A stretch of 64,000 nucleotides of DNA from Chthonomonadales bacterium (GTDB lineage: Bacteria; Armatimonadota; Chthonomonadetes; Chthonomonadales; CAJBBX01), in the NCBI GenBank assembly GCA_037443035.1, contig JBBIPC010000002.1, positions 32,001 to 96,000 on the forward strand. The letters are read 5' to 3'. The position numbers were made by a program, and so were the translations under genes. The notes beneath the pieces are model-generated. The model was not told the origin of the DNA. It did no database searches and saw only the letters and a program-made list of their open reading frames with translations. Shown here piece after piece: positions 38,700 to 49,043 of this stretch (position 1 is its first letter; each line of letters starts with the position of its first letter).

Positions 38700-39868
38700 C
38701 GCGGGTTCACTGGCGTGCCGTTATGCCTCACCTCGAAGTGCAGATGCGGGCCGGTAGACAGGCCCGTGCTGCCGACGCGTGCGATCACCTGCCCCTGTCG
38801 CACCGACTGGCCTTCGCCCACCAGGAGCGCGGAGCAGTGCGCGTACAGGGTCGTCACTCCGCCCCCGTGGTCTATCACGACGGTGTTGCCATAGCCACGC
38901 ATGTAACTTGCCATCACGACCTCACCACCGGCCGCAGCGCGTATCGGGGTTCCATAACCGGCGCCGAAGTCCACACCCGTATGCATGCGGGAGCGATGCA
39001 ATATGGGATGGAACCGCATACCGTAGTTCGAGGTAACAGGTCCATCTACTGGACGAATGAAGCGGCCGGTCCAGGCTCTCAGCATGCGTGCGCGGCCACG
39101 AGGTGTCATCTGCATGGCTCGGATGCGGGCGGCGATGTCCTGGGAGGCCTGCTCCAGAATGTCCAGTGCTTCTTCCAGACCCCGGCGCGTCGTGCGCACA
39201 TCCGCCAGGAGGTCTCTCTTTCTGTCCACACTCGCTCGATACTCGGCCCGACGGGCTATGAGTTCGGTCTCCAGAGAACGCTGTTCGGCGAGCTGGCGTT
39301 CTAGACGCTGCCTGTCCGCACGAAGGTCCAGTTCGTCTGATCGAATCGCACGGATCAGCCGCGTGTCGGCGTCCACGATCTTCTCGATATAGTAGCTGCG
39401 GGCCATGTACTCGTGCATACTCCGCGACGCAAGCAATACGTGAAGGAAGCCATCTCGGCCTTGCTGGTATGTCTGGCGCATGCGGAAGGCCAGGACCCGG
39501 CGTCTTCCCGCCAGGCGACGCTCGGTCTCAGTGATCCTCCGACTGATGACGGTATGCTCCTGCCTCAACGTCGCTAGTCGAGACCGCACGTACTCGATAC
39601 GTCGTTCCGCACGCTGAATCTGGGACTCCACCGTATCGATCTCATCGCAGATGCGCCGTTCGGTACGCTTGACCTTTCGGATTTCGGAGCGTTTCTGGGC
39701 AATGCGCGAACGGACGCGTGACAGATCCTGCCGAAGCTGAGCCGCACTCTTCGCACGCGATGCACGAGAAGGAGCGGGCCGAGACATACTCGGCATCGGT
39801 GCGGCGTGCAGGAGCAACACAACGAGGAGGATGTGTCGGACGTCCCTGCGTGACCTTCCTCCTGTCAC
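38696..39868 (-). CDS. Coiled-coil + M23 peptidase (EnvC-like FtsEX partner)
   Basis: Long coiled coil, HTGVDFG, YAHC, STGPHLHFEVR. The Zn-ligand motifs appear intact. Confidence 0.9.
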   Translation of the reverse strand: MTGGRSRRDVRHILLVVLLLHAAPMPSMSRPAPSRASRAKSAAQLRQDLSRVRSRIAQKRSEIRKVKRTERRICDEIDTVESQIQRAERRIEYVRSRLATLRQEHTVISRRITETERRLAGRRRVLAFRMRQTYQQGRDGFLHVLLASRSMHEYMARSYYIEKIVDADTRLIRAIRSDELDLRADRQRLERQLAEQRSLETELIARRAEYRASVDRKRDLLADVRTTRRGLEEALDILEQASQDIAARIRAMQMTPRGRARMLRAWTGRFIRPVDGPVTSNYGMRFHPILHRSRMHTGVDFGAGYGTPIRAAAGGEVVMASYMRGYGNTVVIDHGGGVTTLYAHCSALLVGEGQSVRQGQVIARVGSTGLSTGPHLHFEVRHNGTPVNPR

Positions 39869-40764
39869 CGCAAGAACCTCCGTAGCGAAATCACGCTGGT
39901 CACCAGTCCCAAGATCAGTCCTGTCGCCATGAGTACCACCAAGATCATCCAGGGGCCGGGCGCCGGTGGCATGCCTACGGCCAACGGACTCTCGAAGCTA
40001 GCTGTGTAACGCGACAACTGCGACAGTACCAGAATGACGAGCAGGCTAGCAGCAATGGCACCAGCCACGCCGTAGAAGATACCCTCTAGGACGATGGGAA
40101 GGCGCACGAAGGCTGGTGACGCACCTACCAGGCGCATGATCTGGATCTCGTCGGCTCTTGCGATAACGGTGAGGCGAAGCGTGTTCTGGACCAACACGGC
40201 AGTAGCGAACAGGAGGAGGCCGGCTACGATGGCGCTGAGGGTCCGAACTAGCTTGGACGTGGCAACTAGCTTATCGAGCATCTCCCGTTCGTCACGAACC
40301 GCTGCCACCTCGGGAAAGCGGGTTTCGTTCCTCAGAACCGCCGCAACGCTGCGGGAACGTTCAGGACTGGCCGTGCGGACATCAATCCGATCCGGCAGGG
40401 GATTGGCGCCCGCGAGAGCGTCCACGATCCTGGTGCCCCGTTTGCGGTCTTCTTCCATGAGCTCTCCCAGTGCTTCCTCCTTCGTTACAAGTCGCGTCTC
40501 GGTGACGCCAGGAATGCCCTGAATACGCCGCTCGACGTCCGTGCTCGTACTGCGGGACGCGTCATCCTGCAGGAACACGGCGATGACGAACCGCTGGGGC
40601 TGTGCTGCCGCGAACTGGTGGAGCCGATAGAGGAAGAAGACGGCGCCGCCGAAAACGCTCAACGCGACTGTGACGGCAGAGAACGCAGCAAGCGACATCA
40701 GGCCGTTGCGGCGGATACTCTTGCCAGCTTCGTCAACTAGAAAAAAGAAGCTGGACAGCCTCAT
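39865..40764 (-). CDS. ftsX: Cell division permease FtsX
   Basis: NPLPD, NTLRLTVIARADEIQIMRLVGA, PIVLEG. Confidence 0.9.
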   Translation of the reverse strand: MRLSSFFFLVDEAGKSIRRNGLMSLAAFSAVTVALSVFGGAVFFLYRLHQFAAAQPQRFVIAVFLQDDASRSTSTDVERRIQGIPGVTETRLVTKEEALGELMEEDRKRGTRIVDALAGANPLPDRIDVRTASPERSRSVAAVLRNETRFPEVAAVRDEREMLDKLVATSKLVRTLSAIVAGLLLFATAVLVQNTLRLTVIARADEIQIMRLVGASPAFVRLPIVLEGIFYGVAGAIAASLLVILVLSQLSRYTASFESPLAVGMPPAPGPWMILVVLMATGLILGLVTSVISLRRFLR

Positions 40765-41471
40765 GCCGTGGCGCCGCCCGCAGCATCGTAATAGCCAGGG
40801 CACTCATCGCGCACAATGCAGCCATCCTCGATCTGGACGACCCTCTTGCGGAACGTGTCTACCATGTGCTTGTCATGCGTGGCAACAACGACCGTCGTTC
40901 CCAACTGATTGATGCGCTCGAGTACATCGGCGATCCCGCAGGAAGTCTCGGGATCCAGATTGCCGGTAGGCTCATCCGCCAGTAGAAGCGGTGGGGTATT
41001 GGCGAGCGCACGCGCGATAGCGACACGCTGCTTTTCACCGCCGGAGAGTTGGTGTGGGAAGGCGTCATAGCGTTCGATGAGTCCTACCAGCTCGAGTACG
41101 TCGGGAACGCGCCGGCGGATCTCTCGGTTGCTCGCCCCGATCACACGAAGAGCGAAAGCGACGTTCTCGTACACATTGCGGTCCGGCAAGAGCTTGAAAT
41201 CCTGGAAGACGATACCCATTCTACGACGCAGTCGCGGAATGTCCGTAGGGCGTAGCCGTTCTAGCGTCTGTCCAGCCACGAGAACGGTACCAGAAGACGG
41301 ACATGCGTCGCAGTAGAGCAACCTGAGCAGAGTGGACTTGCCAGCGCCCGTTGTACCGACAATATAGACAAAGTCCCCTGTGGGAATCGTGAGGCTGACT
41401 CGACGCAGCACGCTACCCGAGCCGTCGAAAGTGACGGTCACGTTCTCGAGCTGGATCATCGGAGGTTGCAT
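40761..41471 (-). CDS. ftsE: Cell division ATP-binding protein FtsE
   Basis: [48 protein letters not shown]. Start is 41471 or 41459. Confidence 0.92.
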   Translation of the reverse strand: MQPPMIQLENVTVTFDGSGSVLRRVSLTIPTGDFVYIVGTTGAGKSTLLRLLYCDACPSSGTVLVAGQTLERLRPTDIPRLRRRMGIVFQDFKLLPDRNVYENVAFALRVIGASNREIRRRVPDVLELVGLIERYDAFPHQLSGGEKQRVAIARALANTPPLLLADEPTGNLDPETSCGIADVLERINQLGTTVVVATHDKHMVDTFRKRVVQIEDGCIVRDECPGYYDAAGGATA

Positions 41472-41743
41472 TGGTCGATCACACGCGGTCGAAGGAGATG
41501 CATACACTTACCCGTCATGGGCAGTCCGCGTCAAGCACGGCGGCCACCGACCGGGTGTTGACTGCGAAGCGGCCGAGAAGGTATATTGGTTTTTCGCAGA
41601 TGCCGACTTGACGAGAGAGCGGCTCGAGGATGCATGTGACGGGCGCCCACCAGCGAAAGAGCGGTAGCGCCCTCTTCTAGAGGAATGGCCCCCACGTCGA
41701 AGTTCCGTTATCGAGCGGCGCGGGCCGTACGGGAGGTTCACGG

Positions 41744-42067
41744 GTGTACGCAATAGTCCGCACCGGCGGGAAGCAGTACAAAGTTGCCCCGAACACGGTG
41801 GTTTCGGTGGAGAAGCTCGACGCGCCGCCAGGCGAGGAATGCACGCTCGATGACGTGCTCATGGTAGCAGATGACGAGGGTCGGGTGCACATTGGCAAGC
41901 CTCGCGTGCCTGGTGCCAGCGTCAAAGCAGTGGTTCTGGACCAGTATCGCGGCAAGAAGATCCGCGGGCTGACATACAAGCCGAAGAAGAACGTCCGGCG
42001 TCGGTATGGTCATCGGCAATATCTGACGAAGCTCCGAGTGGTGGCGATCGTAGCAGGTGGCGAATAG
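41744..42067 (+). CDS. rplU: 50S ribosomal protein L21
   Basis: [26 protein letters not shown]. Confidence 0.97.
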   Translation: MYAIVRTGGKQYKVAPNTVVSVEKLDAPPGEECTLDDVLMVADDEGRVHIGKPRVPGASVKAVVLDQYRGKKIRGLTYKPKKNVRRRYGHRQYLTKLRVVAIVAGGE

Positions 42068-42125
42068 GTCCGAGTACCTGCGGGCGCCATGCGCGGAGCA
42101 GGTCTGGAGAGAGTGGTGATAGAGA

Positions 42126-42407
42126 ATGGCACATAAGAAGGGTGTGGGTAGCTCACGGAACGGTCGCGATAGCAATCCGAAGCGTCTCGGTGTGAAGGAG
42201 TTCGCTGGCCAGACGGTGCGCACGGGAGCGATCCTAGTGCGCCAGAGGGGTACTCCGTTCAAGCCTGGCCGGAACGTCGGCGTTGGCAAAGATCATACGC
42301 TTTTCGCTCTGGTGGATGGTATCGTCCAATTCGAGGGTCCCAAGGACGCGCGACGGGTAAGCGTGTATCCGCTGGAGGCGGCGTCAACTCCTCCTGCGGA
42401 AGGATAG
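42126..42407 (+). CDS. rpmA: 50S ribosomal protein L27
   Basis: [24 protein letters not shown]. Confidence 0.98.
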   Translation: MAHKKGVGSSRNGRDSNPKRLGVKEFAGQTVRTGAILVRQRGTPFKPGRNVGVGKDHTLFALVDGIVQFEGPKDARRVSVYPLEAASTPPAEG

Positions 42408-42454
42408 GCCATACGCCGCTAGGCTCCTCTTCCCTAGCCTCATGGAAGCATCGA

Positions 42455-42485
42455 GTAGCCCGGACCGTATATGGGTTCGGGCTGC
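42455..42485 (+). terminator. Hairpin between rpmA and obgE
   Basis: GTAGCCCGGACC-loop-GGTTCGGGCTGC with a weak U-tract. Confidence 0.4.
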
Positions 42486-42542
42486 GGCATTTCAGGCGTG
42501 GCTGCGAGGATGGGCCGAAGCCCGGCACGAGGCAGGTAGCTC

Positions 42543-43895
42543 ATGTTCATTGACCAGGTCGAGATAACCGTCGAGGCCGGTGCCGGTGGCAAGGGCGCTG
42601 CCACCTTTCGAAGAGAGAAGTTCGTGCCTCGTGGGGGTCCCAGTGGAGGCGATGGCGGACGCGGGGGCAGCATCATCCTCGAGGTGGATCCGGGGCTGGG
42701 AACGCTCTTGGACTTCCGCTACAACCGACGCTTCCGTGCTGCTGACGGAGAGGAAGGCCATGCGAAGAAGCGCTCGGGACGGGATGGGCAAGACGTCGTC
42801 ATCCGTGTGCCACCTGGAACCGTCGTTACAGACATGGAGACGGGCCAGGTTCTGGCTGACCTCGTGCGACCGGGTGACCGCGTGACGGTGGCCCGGGGTG
42901 GATCCGGCGGACGGGGCAATCTTCACTTCACCTCCTCTGTGCGACAGGCGCCCCACTTCGCCGAATTAGGTGAACCAGGGGAGAAGCGGCGGTTGCGCTT
43001 GGACCTGAAGCTTGTCGCGGACGTCGGCGTCATCGGCTTTCCCAGTGTTGGCAAGTCTAGCCTTATTGCTGCGGCGTCTGCCGCTCGGCCGAAGATCGCC
43101 GAGTATCCGTTCACAACCTTGACCCCGCATCTCGGCCTGGTCGCCATCGGTCCTGGTGAGTCCTTTGTACTGGCCGACATGCCCGGCCTCATCGAAGGTG
43201 CCCACGCGGGCGCGGGCCTAGGCGACCGTTTCCTGCGACATATCGAGCGCACGCTTGTTCTGATTCACATGCTCGACGTCTCTGGACTGTCCGGCAGGGA
43301 TCCGGCTCAGGACTTCCGCACGATCAACATGGAATTGGGCCTTCGCAGCGCCGACCTGGCAGCTCGCCCTCAGGTGATTGCACTGAACAAGATGGACGTG
43401 TGCGCCGACCTGGCCCTGGTGGAACGCCTAGAGAGGGAACTGGCCAGGAACGGATGGGAGGTGCACCGGATCTCCGCGGCAACGCACGCCGGTGTGAAAG
43501 AGCTGATACATGCCGTATGGCAGCGTGTCCGTCGTGCACGGTTGGAAAGTGCGGCCGTGCCAGTGGGGGGCGCGCTTCCTCAGCACGTTGTCATCCGCGG
43601 TCCATCTGAATCCGATGATAGGGCGTGGGAGGTGCAGCGGGAGGACGGAGGTGTTTGGATCATGCGTGGTAAGGCACTGGAACGGTTCGTTCAGCGTTGT
43701 GACCTGAATAACGAAGAGGCAGTACGGCACCTACAGCACATCTTCGAGCGCACCGGAGTGCACCGCCGGCTGCGAGAACTTGGAGCGAGCCACGGTGACA
43801 CCGTCCGCATCGGGGATTCGGAGTTCCTCTTCCACGATGAGGACGTCGAGGAGCTGGCGCCAAGCAGAAGGCGCAAGAAACGGGAGCCGGCCTGA
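42543..43895 (+). CDS. obgE: GTPase Obg (with C-terminal extension domain)
   Basis: MFIDQV, FRREKFVPRGGPSGGDGG, GFPSVGKS, YPFTT, DMPG, NKMD. Confidence 0.97.
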   Translation: MFIDQVEITVEAGAGGKGAATFRREKFVPRGGPSGGDGGRGGSIILEVDPGLGTLLDFRYNRRFRAADGEEGHAKKRSGRDGQDVVIRVPPGTVVTDMETGQVLADLVRPGDRVTVARGGSGGRGNLHFTSSVRQAPHFAELGEPGEKRRLRLDLKLVADVGVIGFPSVGKSSLIAAASAARPKIAEYPFTTLTPHLGLVAIGPGESFVLADMPGLIEGAHAGAGLGDRFLRHIERTLVLIHMLDVSGLSGRDPAQDFRTINMELGLRSADLAARPQVIALNKMDVCADLALVERLERELARNGWEVHRISAATHAGVKELIHAVWQRVRRARLESAAVPVGGALPQHVVIRGPSESDDRAWEVQREDGGVWIMRGKALERFVQRCDLNNEEAVRHLQHIFERTGVHRRLRELGASHGDTVRIGDSEFLFHDEDVEELAPSRRRKKREPA

Positions 43896-44132
43896 CGGAC
43901 ACTCGTCTAGAGGATGATCGTTTACAGTCGGTATGCCACCGTATCGGCGCTGCGCTACTGGCCGGCTCTCTGAAGAGGAACACTGGTGGAGGCCAGTTTC
44001 CACTGAAATAGACCGAACATAGAACATGAGTTAGCCACGTTTTTCGAGTTATCTGCCCAGTTTGCTGCATGAATCTTCAGAGGCCGTGCAGAACCCAGGG
44101 ATGCAACCACGAACCACTCCGAGGCAACGCCA

Positions 44133-45167
44133 GTGAAAGCAATCGTCAAAGCAACACCCGGCCCAGGAGCCGAGATGCGGGAAGTAGCTGATCCTGTTCT
44201 CGAACGGCCGGATGAGGTGCTTGTTCGTCCCATCATGACCTCCATCTGCGGTACGGATTACCACGTCTACTCGTGGGACGCCTGGTCCGCCGGCCGGGTG
44301 AAGCCACCCCGCGTCATGGGCCATGAGTTCGTAGCCGAAGTTCTGGAAGTTGGCGAGGATGTAGCGCACCTCCAACCTGGCGATACGGTCTCCGGCGAGA
44401 GTCACAGGGTATGCGGCGTGTGCCTGCAATGTAGGATCGGCCAAGGGCATGTATGCGCCAACACGCGCATTTTCGGTGTGGATGCCGACGGTTGCTTCTC
44501 GGAACGCCTCGTAGTCCCACAATCCAGCTTGTGGAAGAATCCTCCAGGTCTGCCTCTGGAGTTGGCCTGCATTCAGGATCCATTAGGCAACGCCGTGCAT
44601 GCGGTTCTAGCCGACGAGATAGCCGGTCGTAGCTGCGTGGTGCTCGGGTGCGGTCCCATCGGCGTCATGGCCATCGCAGTTGCTCGGGCGTGCGGCGCCT
44701 CCACGATCCTTGCAACCGACACGAAGCCCTATCGGCTGGACCTTGCCCGACGCCTCGGCGCAGATGTTGTCGCAAACGTCAATGAGACAGATGTTCTCAG
44801 GGCTGTTCGCAGCGTAGCCCCGGAGGGAGCGGATGTCGTACTGGAGATGTCCGGAGCACCTTCGGCCATTCAGACGGCTTTCAGGGCAGCACGGCGCGGT
44901 GGGCGCGTCTCGCTCATGGGTATCCCCTCACAGCCGGTCGAGCTGGACGTGGCCGAAGACCTGGTCATGAAGGGCCTTATGATCCATTGCATCGTCGGTC
45001 GCCGGCTCTACGGCACGTGGGCAACCATGAACGCGCTGCTAGCCTCAGGACGACTCGACATCGCTCCAGTCATCACCCACCAGCTGGACTGGACGGACTT
45101 CGCGCAGGGGATGGACCTCATGCGCCAGGGGCAGTGCGGTAAAGTACTCCTGCGCATGCCGGACTGA
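44133..45167 (+). CDS. tdh: L-threonine 3-dehydrogenase
   Basis: SICGTDYH, MGHEF, SGESHRVCGVCLQC, DPLGNAVH, GCGPIG, LEMSG. Confidence 0.88.
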   Translation: MKAIVKATPGPGAEMREVADPVLERPDEVLVRPIMTSICGTDYHVYSWDAWSAGRVKPPRVMGHEFVAEVLEVGEDVAHLQPGDTVSGESHRVCGVCLQCRIGQGHVCANTRIFGVDADGCFSERLVVPQSSLWKNPPGLPLELACIQDPLGNAVHAVLADEIAGRSCVVLGCGPIGVMAIAVARACGASTILATDTKPYRLDLARRLGADVVANVNETDVLRAVRSVAPEGADVVLEMSGAPSAIQTAFRAARRGGRVSLMGIPSQPVELDVAEDLVMKGLMIHCIVGRRLYGTWATMNALLASGRLDIAPVITHQLDWTDFAQGMDLMRQGQCGKVLLRMPD

Positions 45168-45209
45168 CGGTCCCGCCGCCCACGCCGCTTACAGGAAGTC
45201 CATCCGGCG

Positions 45210-47810
45210 CTAAGGACGAGGACCTGATTCGCCTGGCTTCACGCGCACGAGGCCTACGTCTATGTATTGGCCGCCCGTTGTCTGGCGGCAGTGCACTGCT
45301 AACGTATTCCGTCCCTGCCTGAGCGTCGCGAGTGCAGCGGGGTGGACATCCACTTCCCCGTACTCCGTGACGTAACCGCTCAGGCGAGCTGCCAGGACTC
45401 CGTTGAGGTAGATCTCGACATCCTCGTCGTGATGAACCCACAGGTGGAGATCGCGGAGTACCTCTCGGCCAAGGTCGAAGGAACGCCTCAGCCAGATCTC
45501 ACGTGTGTTCCAGACCGTACCGACCCTAGAGCCCGGCGTCCAAGGAGTGCCGAATCCAGCGTGCCCCTCGGACCACGACGCGTCCTCGAACCCGGGCTGT
45601 TCCCAGCCAGCAGGCGGCTGCTGCAGAGCGTAACGCCACAGGGGTGGATCAGGCGCCATGTCGGCCGCCGGTACGACCATCTCCAACGCTTGGGGCGACG
45701 GTAAGGGTGCCCAGGGTCCGGGTCTGAATCGGTCTCGCATAGCCCATCGCCGCCAAACCTGCGTATCATACAGCAGCTTGACAAAGACTCCACCCACCAC
45801 GGGACGTGCACGGAAGCCAACGCAATCCCCTGTCTTGGTGTCGAACCAGTCCGTCATGGGCACCCGCGATTTCGTCTCGTTGAGCCACGCCGCAATGGGA
45901 GCCATCAACGCATCGAAGTCTTCCCGTCTACCACTCAGGCAGGCGCTCCAGACCGTCCAGTCGAGCTTGGTGTAGTCTTTCCGGCTGTCTAGAGGGAGAC
46001 CGTACCGGTTCTGGACGCGTCGGTACCACTCGGTCTCTGTCCGGAGAACGTCCTCGGGAAACAAGTCGAATCCCAGGATGCGATCCCACACCAGGTTGTA
46101 CTTCTGACTCCACGTTCCCGGCCTATCGAATGCCAGACGGTACCTGCCGTCGTCCCGGGCTTGCCGGACCCATCGTTCTGCGAACTCGTGCGCGAGTTTT
46201 CGGTAGTCCTCTGCGCTCTGTTTGTCGCCTCGCATATCGCAGAGCAACCCGTAGGAAGCCAGACCCAGAATGGCCTTGGCCGAGAGATTCACGTTGTGGG
46301 CCAGGTGACCAGCGAAGTCATCTGTGCAGAGCTGGTTTTCCGGATCGAACCCCTTCTCGCGCAGATACTCTGCCCATCGCTGCAGTTGGGGCCAGTAGCG
46401 CTGCGCGAATTCCGTAGTTCCCTCGATCTTGGCGAGCGCAGCCATGAGGATCAGCATGTTCCCCGATTCCTCGACTGGCATCTGGTTCTCCTCGGTCTTC
46501 TCACCTCCGCCATAGACCTGTCCGTTGGCTTTGGGGTAGGTGCCGAGATCGTGGGGCGCGAACGGCCAATTCCATCTTGGGGAAGCCGCATAGTCGAGAA
46601 CCGGTACCAGCATCGCCTTGGCGAGCGTGGGAGAGAAGAGTAGGAACTGCGGCGCCATGGGGTAGATGACGTCAACAGTGGCGATGCAGCCGTTGCTGAA
46701 GTTCTCCTTCGGGAACAGGAGAGGTTGGCCAGCCGCATCGGCCACCAGCTTGTTCCCGGCGAACGCCTGGCGATATGCCAGGACACATACGCGCCGGTAT
46801 GCCTCGCCACCCGCTGCGAGCAGGTCCGCCTCCAAATCGGCGTCGAACCGAACACACGCCGTCGTCAGGCGGTCTTCGTCTCTCGCGGCATCCTGCAAGA
46901 GTTGGGTGATGTCCTTGCCCTTGCGACGCCAGTATGGCCGTAGCTTCGTCCGGAAGTACTCGATGCTGTAGAGGTCGTCATACGCTATCAGCACAGTTCG
47001 GCGGGTTAGCCTCTTCCCCACTCTTCCCAAGTCAAACGCACACGACAGCACCGGTGTATCGTCGTCGGCACGGCGAGACGATCGGGTGTCATCCGCTTCC
47101 GGCAACTCGCCCGTGCTGTAGAAGCGCTCCCGAGCCGAGGACGGGATTACCGCCATCTGGACCTGGCTGTTTCTCTCAGCCGCTACGTACAGATGTCCCC
47201 AGTCAATGCGGAGGTTATCACCCTTCTTGGCTAGCACAGGCTGGTCCACCGTACCCACCTTCAGCGCGGTAAGCGAGCCGACGGTAATCCGCGCCCATTC
47301 GACGATCTGCTCCGGCGTATTCACCGCCAGCACCGCCGACGCATCGAAACCTATCTGCACGGCATGGCCCTGGCCATCCGCCGACTGCACGGCCCAGGTG
47401 GTGTACGTGATCGGTCGTGCCAGCACGTCCAGATCGTACGGCAGCGCAGGCGTCAGGAAGGTCAACGTCACTCTCACGCCGGCAGCCTCGAACGTGTAGA
47501 CAGTACGCGTGGGATGGACTTCCAGGGAGGTCTGGCGCATGGCAGGAATGGCTGCCGGTTCGTACCCCATGATGCGGAACGGCTGGCCATCTACGCGGAC
47601 GACGCTCGTCAAAGGCTGCGGTGCACCGGTCCAGTGGATGGTTTGCGCGTCGGTGAGCCTGTCTGCCGGCGACCACACGCTGAAATATGGGTCGTGAGTC
47701 ACGAGCGGCACTGCAGGCGGACGGAGAGGCGCAATCTCGGCCATCGCTGGAGCCGCCGTGCCAACGGCAAGTACGAATAGGACTAGCAAGGGAATGCAGT
47801 AGGATTGCAT
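45210..47810 (-). CDS. Secreted GtaA/glutaminase-like (DUF4965/DUF5127/DUF1793-type) protein with C-terminal galactose-binding-like domain
   Basis: Signal peptide, RPPAVPLVTHDPYFSVWS, KENFSNGCIATVDV, APHDLGTYP, MPVEESGNM, QLCTDDFAG, YTKLDW, FRARPVVGG. C-terminal WLRRSF...HHDEDVEIYLNG...GGQYIDVG. Confidence 0.8.
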   Translation of the reverse strand: MQSYCIPLLVLFVLAVGTAAPAMAEIAPLRPPAVPLVTHDPYFSVWSPADRLTDAQTIHWTGAPQPLTSVVRVDGQPFRIMGYEPAAIPAMRQTSLEVHPTRTVYTFEAAGVRVTLTFLTPALPYDLDVLARPITYTTWAVQSADGQGHAVQIGFDASAVLAVNTPEQIVEWARITVGSLTALKVGTVDQPVLAKKGDNLRIDWGHLYVAAERNSQVQMAVIPSSARERFYSTGELPEADDTRSSRRADDDTPVLSCAFDLGRVGKRLTRRTVLIAYDDLYSIEYFRTKLRPYWRRKGKDITQLLQDAARDEDRLTTACVRFDADLEADLLAAGGEAYRRVCVLAYRQAFAGNKLVADAAGQPLLFPKENFSNGCIATVDVIYPMAPQFLLFSPTLAKAMLVPVLDYAASPRWNWPFAPHDLGTYPKANGQVYGGGEKTEENQMPVEESGNMLILMAALAKIEGTTEFAQRYWPQLQRWAEYLREKGFDPENQLCTDDFAGHLAHNVNLSAKAILGLASYGLLCDMRGDKQSAEDYRKLAHEFAERWVRQARDDGRYRLAFDRPGTWSQKYNLVWDRILGFDLFPEDVLRTETEWYRRVQNRYGLPLDSRKDYTKLDWTVWSACLSGRREDFDALMAPIAAWLNETKSRVPMTDWFDTKTGDCVGFRARPVVGGVFVKLLYDTQVWRRWAMRDRFRPGPWAPLPSPQALEMVVPAADMAPDPPLWRYALQQPPAGWEQPGFEDASWSEGHAGFGTPWTPGSRVGTVWNTREIWLRRSFDLGREVLRDLHLWVHHDEDVEIYLNGVLAARLSGYVTEYGEVDVHPAALATLRQGRNTLAVHCRQTTGGQYIDVGLVRVKPGESGPRP

Positions 47811-47984
47811 GGGACTGGTCCTCCTGATAGCGGCTCTAGGATACCAAATCATCTCGTCTCGGAAGCGCATTCCTGCCGGTCGCAGCGCGCTCGCAGACTT
47901 GTCGAGAGGACTTGCAGGGCCCCATGCAGAAGTTCGCCTCGGTATCCGGCAACCAGATATCGAATGTGCAGCGAGGAGATCTCT

Positions 47985-48998
47985 ATGGCCACAACTCTTC
48001 GAATAGCTTTCGTAGGCGCTGGCAACATGGCACGCGAGCACACGAAGGCACTCCTGCAGCACCCAGAGGCCGACATCGTCGCATATGCCGACACGGAAGC
48101 CAACAAGTGCGCAGACAGGATCAGGCAAGTCCAGGAAGCGCGCCCCGACGCTCAGCCGCAAGCGTTCTCCGACGCAGTCGCCATGCTGCATACCGTGGCA
48201 CCAGATGCGACCTACATCGTCGTGCCGCCGTTCGGGCATGGCCCTGCCGAACTCACTTGTGTAGAACTGGGCATCCCCTTCTTCGCAGAGAAGCCCGTCG
48301 GTCTGGACTGGGGACTGACGCGGGAGATCGCGACTGCGGTGCGGTCCGCAGGACTGCTCACTTGCGTGGGCTATATGAACCGATACCGCAAGGGAGTGCA
48401 GACAGCCAAGAAGGTCCTCGAGTCAGATCCTCCAGTGTTGCTCCATGGCGGCTGGGTCGGCGGGTCCCCTGGACCGGGCTCTTGGTGGATCCAGAAGGCA
48501 CTGAGCGGTGGCCAGATGGTCGAGCAGAGCACCCATACGTTCGATCTGGTGCGTTACCTGGCCGGCGAAGCCACGGAGGTGTTCGCGCATGCTGCAGTGG
48601 GCTTCAACCGTGGCATCCCCGGGTACGACATCGAAGATGCCAGCGCTGTAACCATTCATCTAGTGAATGGCGGGGTAGCCGTCTTGCTTTCGTGCTGCGC
48701 TGCCAATGGTGGAGGAGGCGGGGTGTGGCTGAGCGTGTTCACCCCCAACACAACCTTCCTCTTCACCGGTTGGGAACACAGAGTCCGCGTGATGACCGCC
48801 TCGCAGCCACCAGAGGACATTGCTGGCGAGCCGGACATCTTCGCCATCGAGGATCGCGTCTTCCTCGATGCCGTGCGGAATGGCGATGCCAGCCAGGTCC
48901 TCTCCAGCTACGAAGACGGTGCACGAACGCTGGCTCTCACTCTTGCTGCAGAGGAGTCCCTCCGCACCGGCAGGGCTGTTGCGCCAGCGCAACTGTAA
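47985..48998 (+). CDS. Gfo/Idh/MocA-family oxidoreductase
   Basis: IAFVGAGNMA, FAEKPV, VGYMNRY, SGGQMVEQSTHTFD. GAGGAG RBS. Confidence 0.9.
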   Translation: MATTLRIAFVGAGNMAREHTKALLQHPEADIVAYADTEANKCADRIRQVQEARPDAQPQAFSDAVAMLHTVAPDATYIVVPPFGHGPAELTCVELGIPFFAEKPVGLDWGLTREIATAVRSAGLLTCVGYMNRYRKGVQTAKKVLESDPPVLLHGGWVGGSPGPGSWWIQKALSGGQMVEQSTHTFDLVRYLAGEATEVFAHAAVGFNRGIPGYDIEDASAVTIHLVNGGVAVLLSCCAANGGGGGVWLSVFTPNTTFLFTGWEHRVRVMTASQPPEDIAGEPDIFAIEDRVFLDAVRNGDASQVLSSYEDGARTLALTLAAEESLRTGRAVAPAQL

Positions 48999-49043
48999 GC
49001 TCGCAAGGGGTGCGCCGAAACGCTCTGCACCCCATACCTTACG

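Noticed and set aside
42068..42125. Missing prp protease gene between rplU and rpmA
   Set aside because: L27 starts directly with MAHKKG and has no N-terminal extension, so the absence is expected.
23648..45167. kbl and tdh separated by about 19 kb
   Set aside because: Both genes look intact; a split threonine-catabolism pair is unremarkable.
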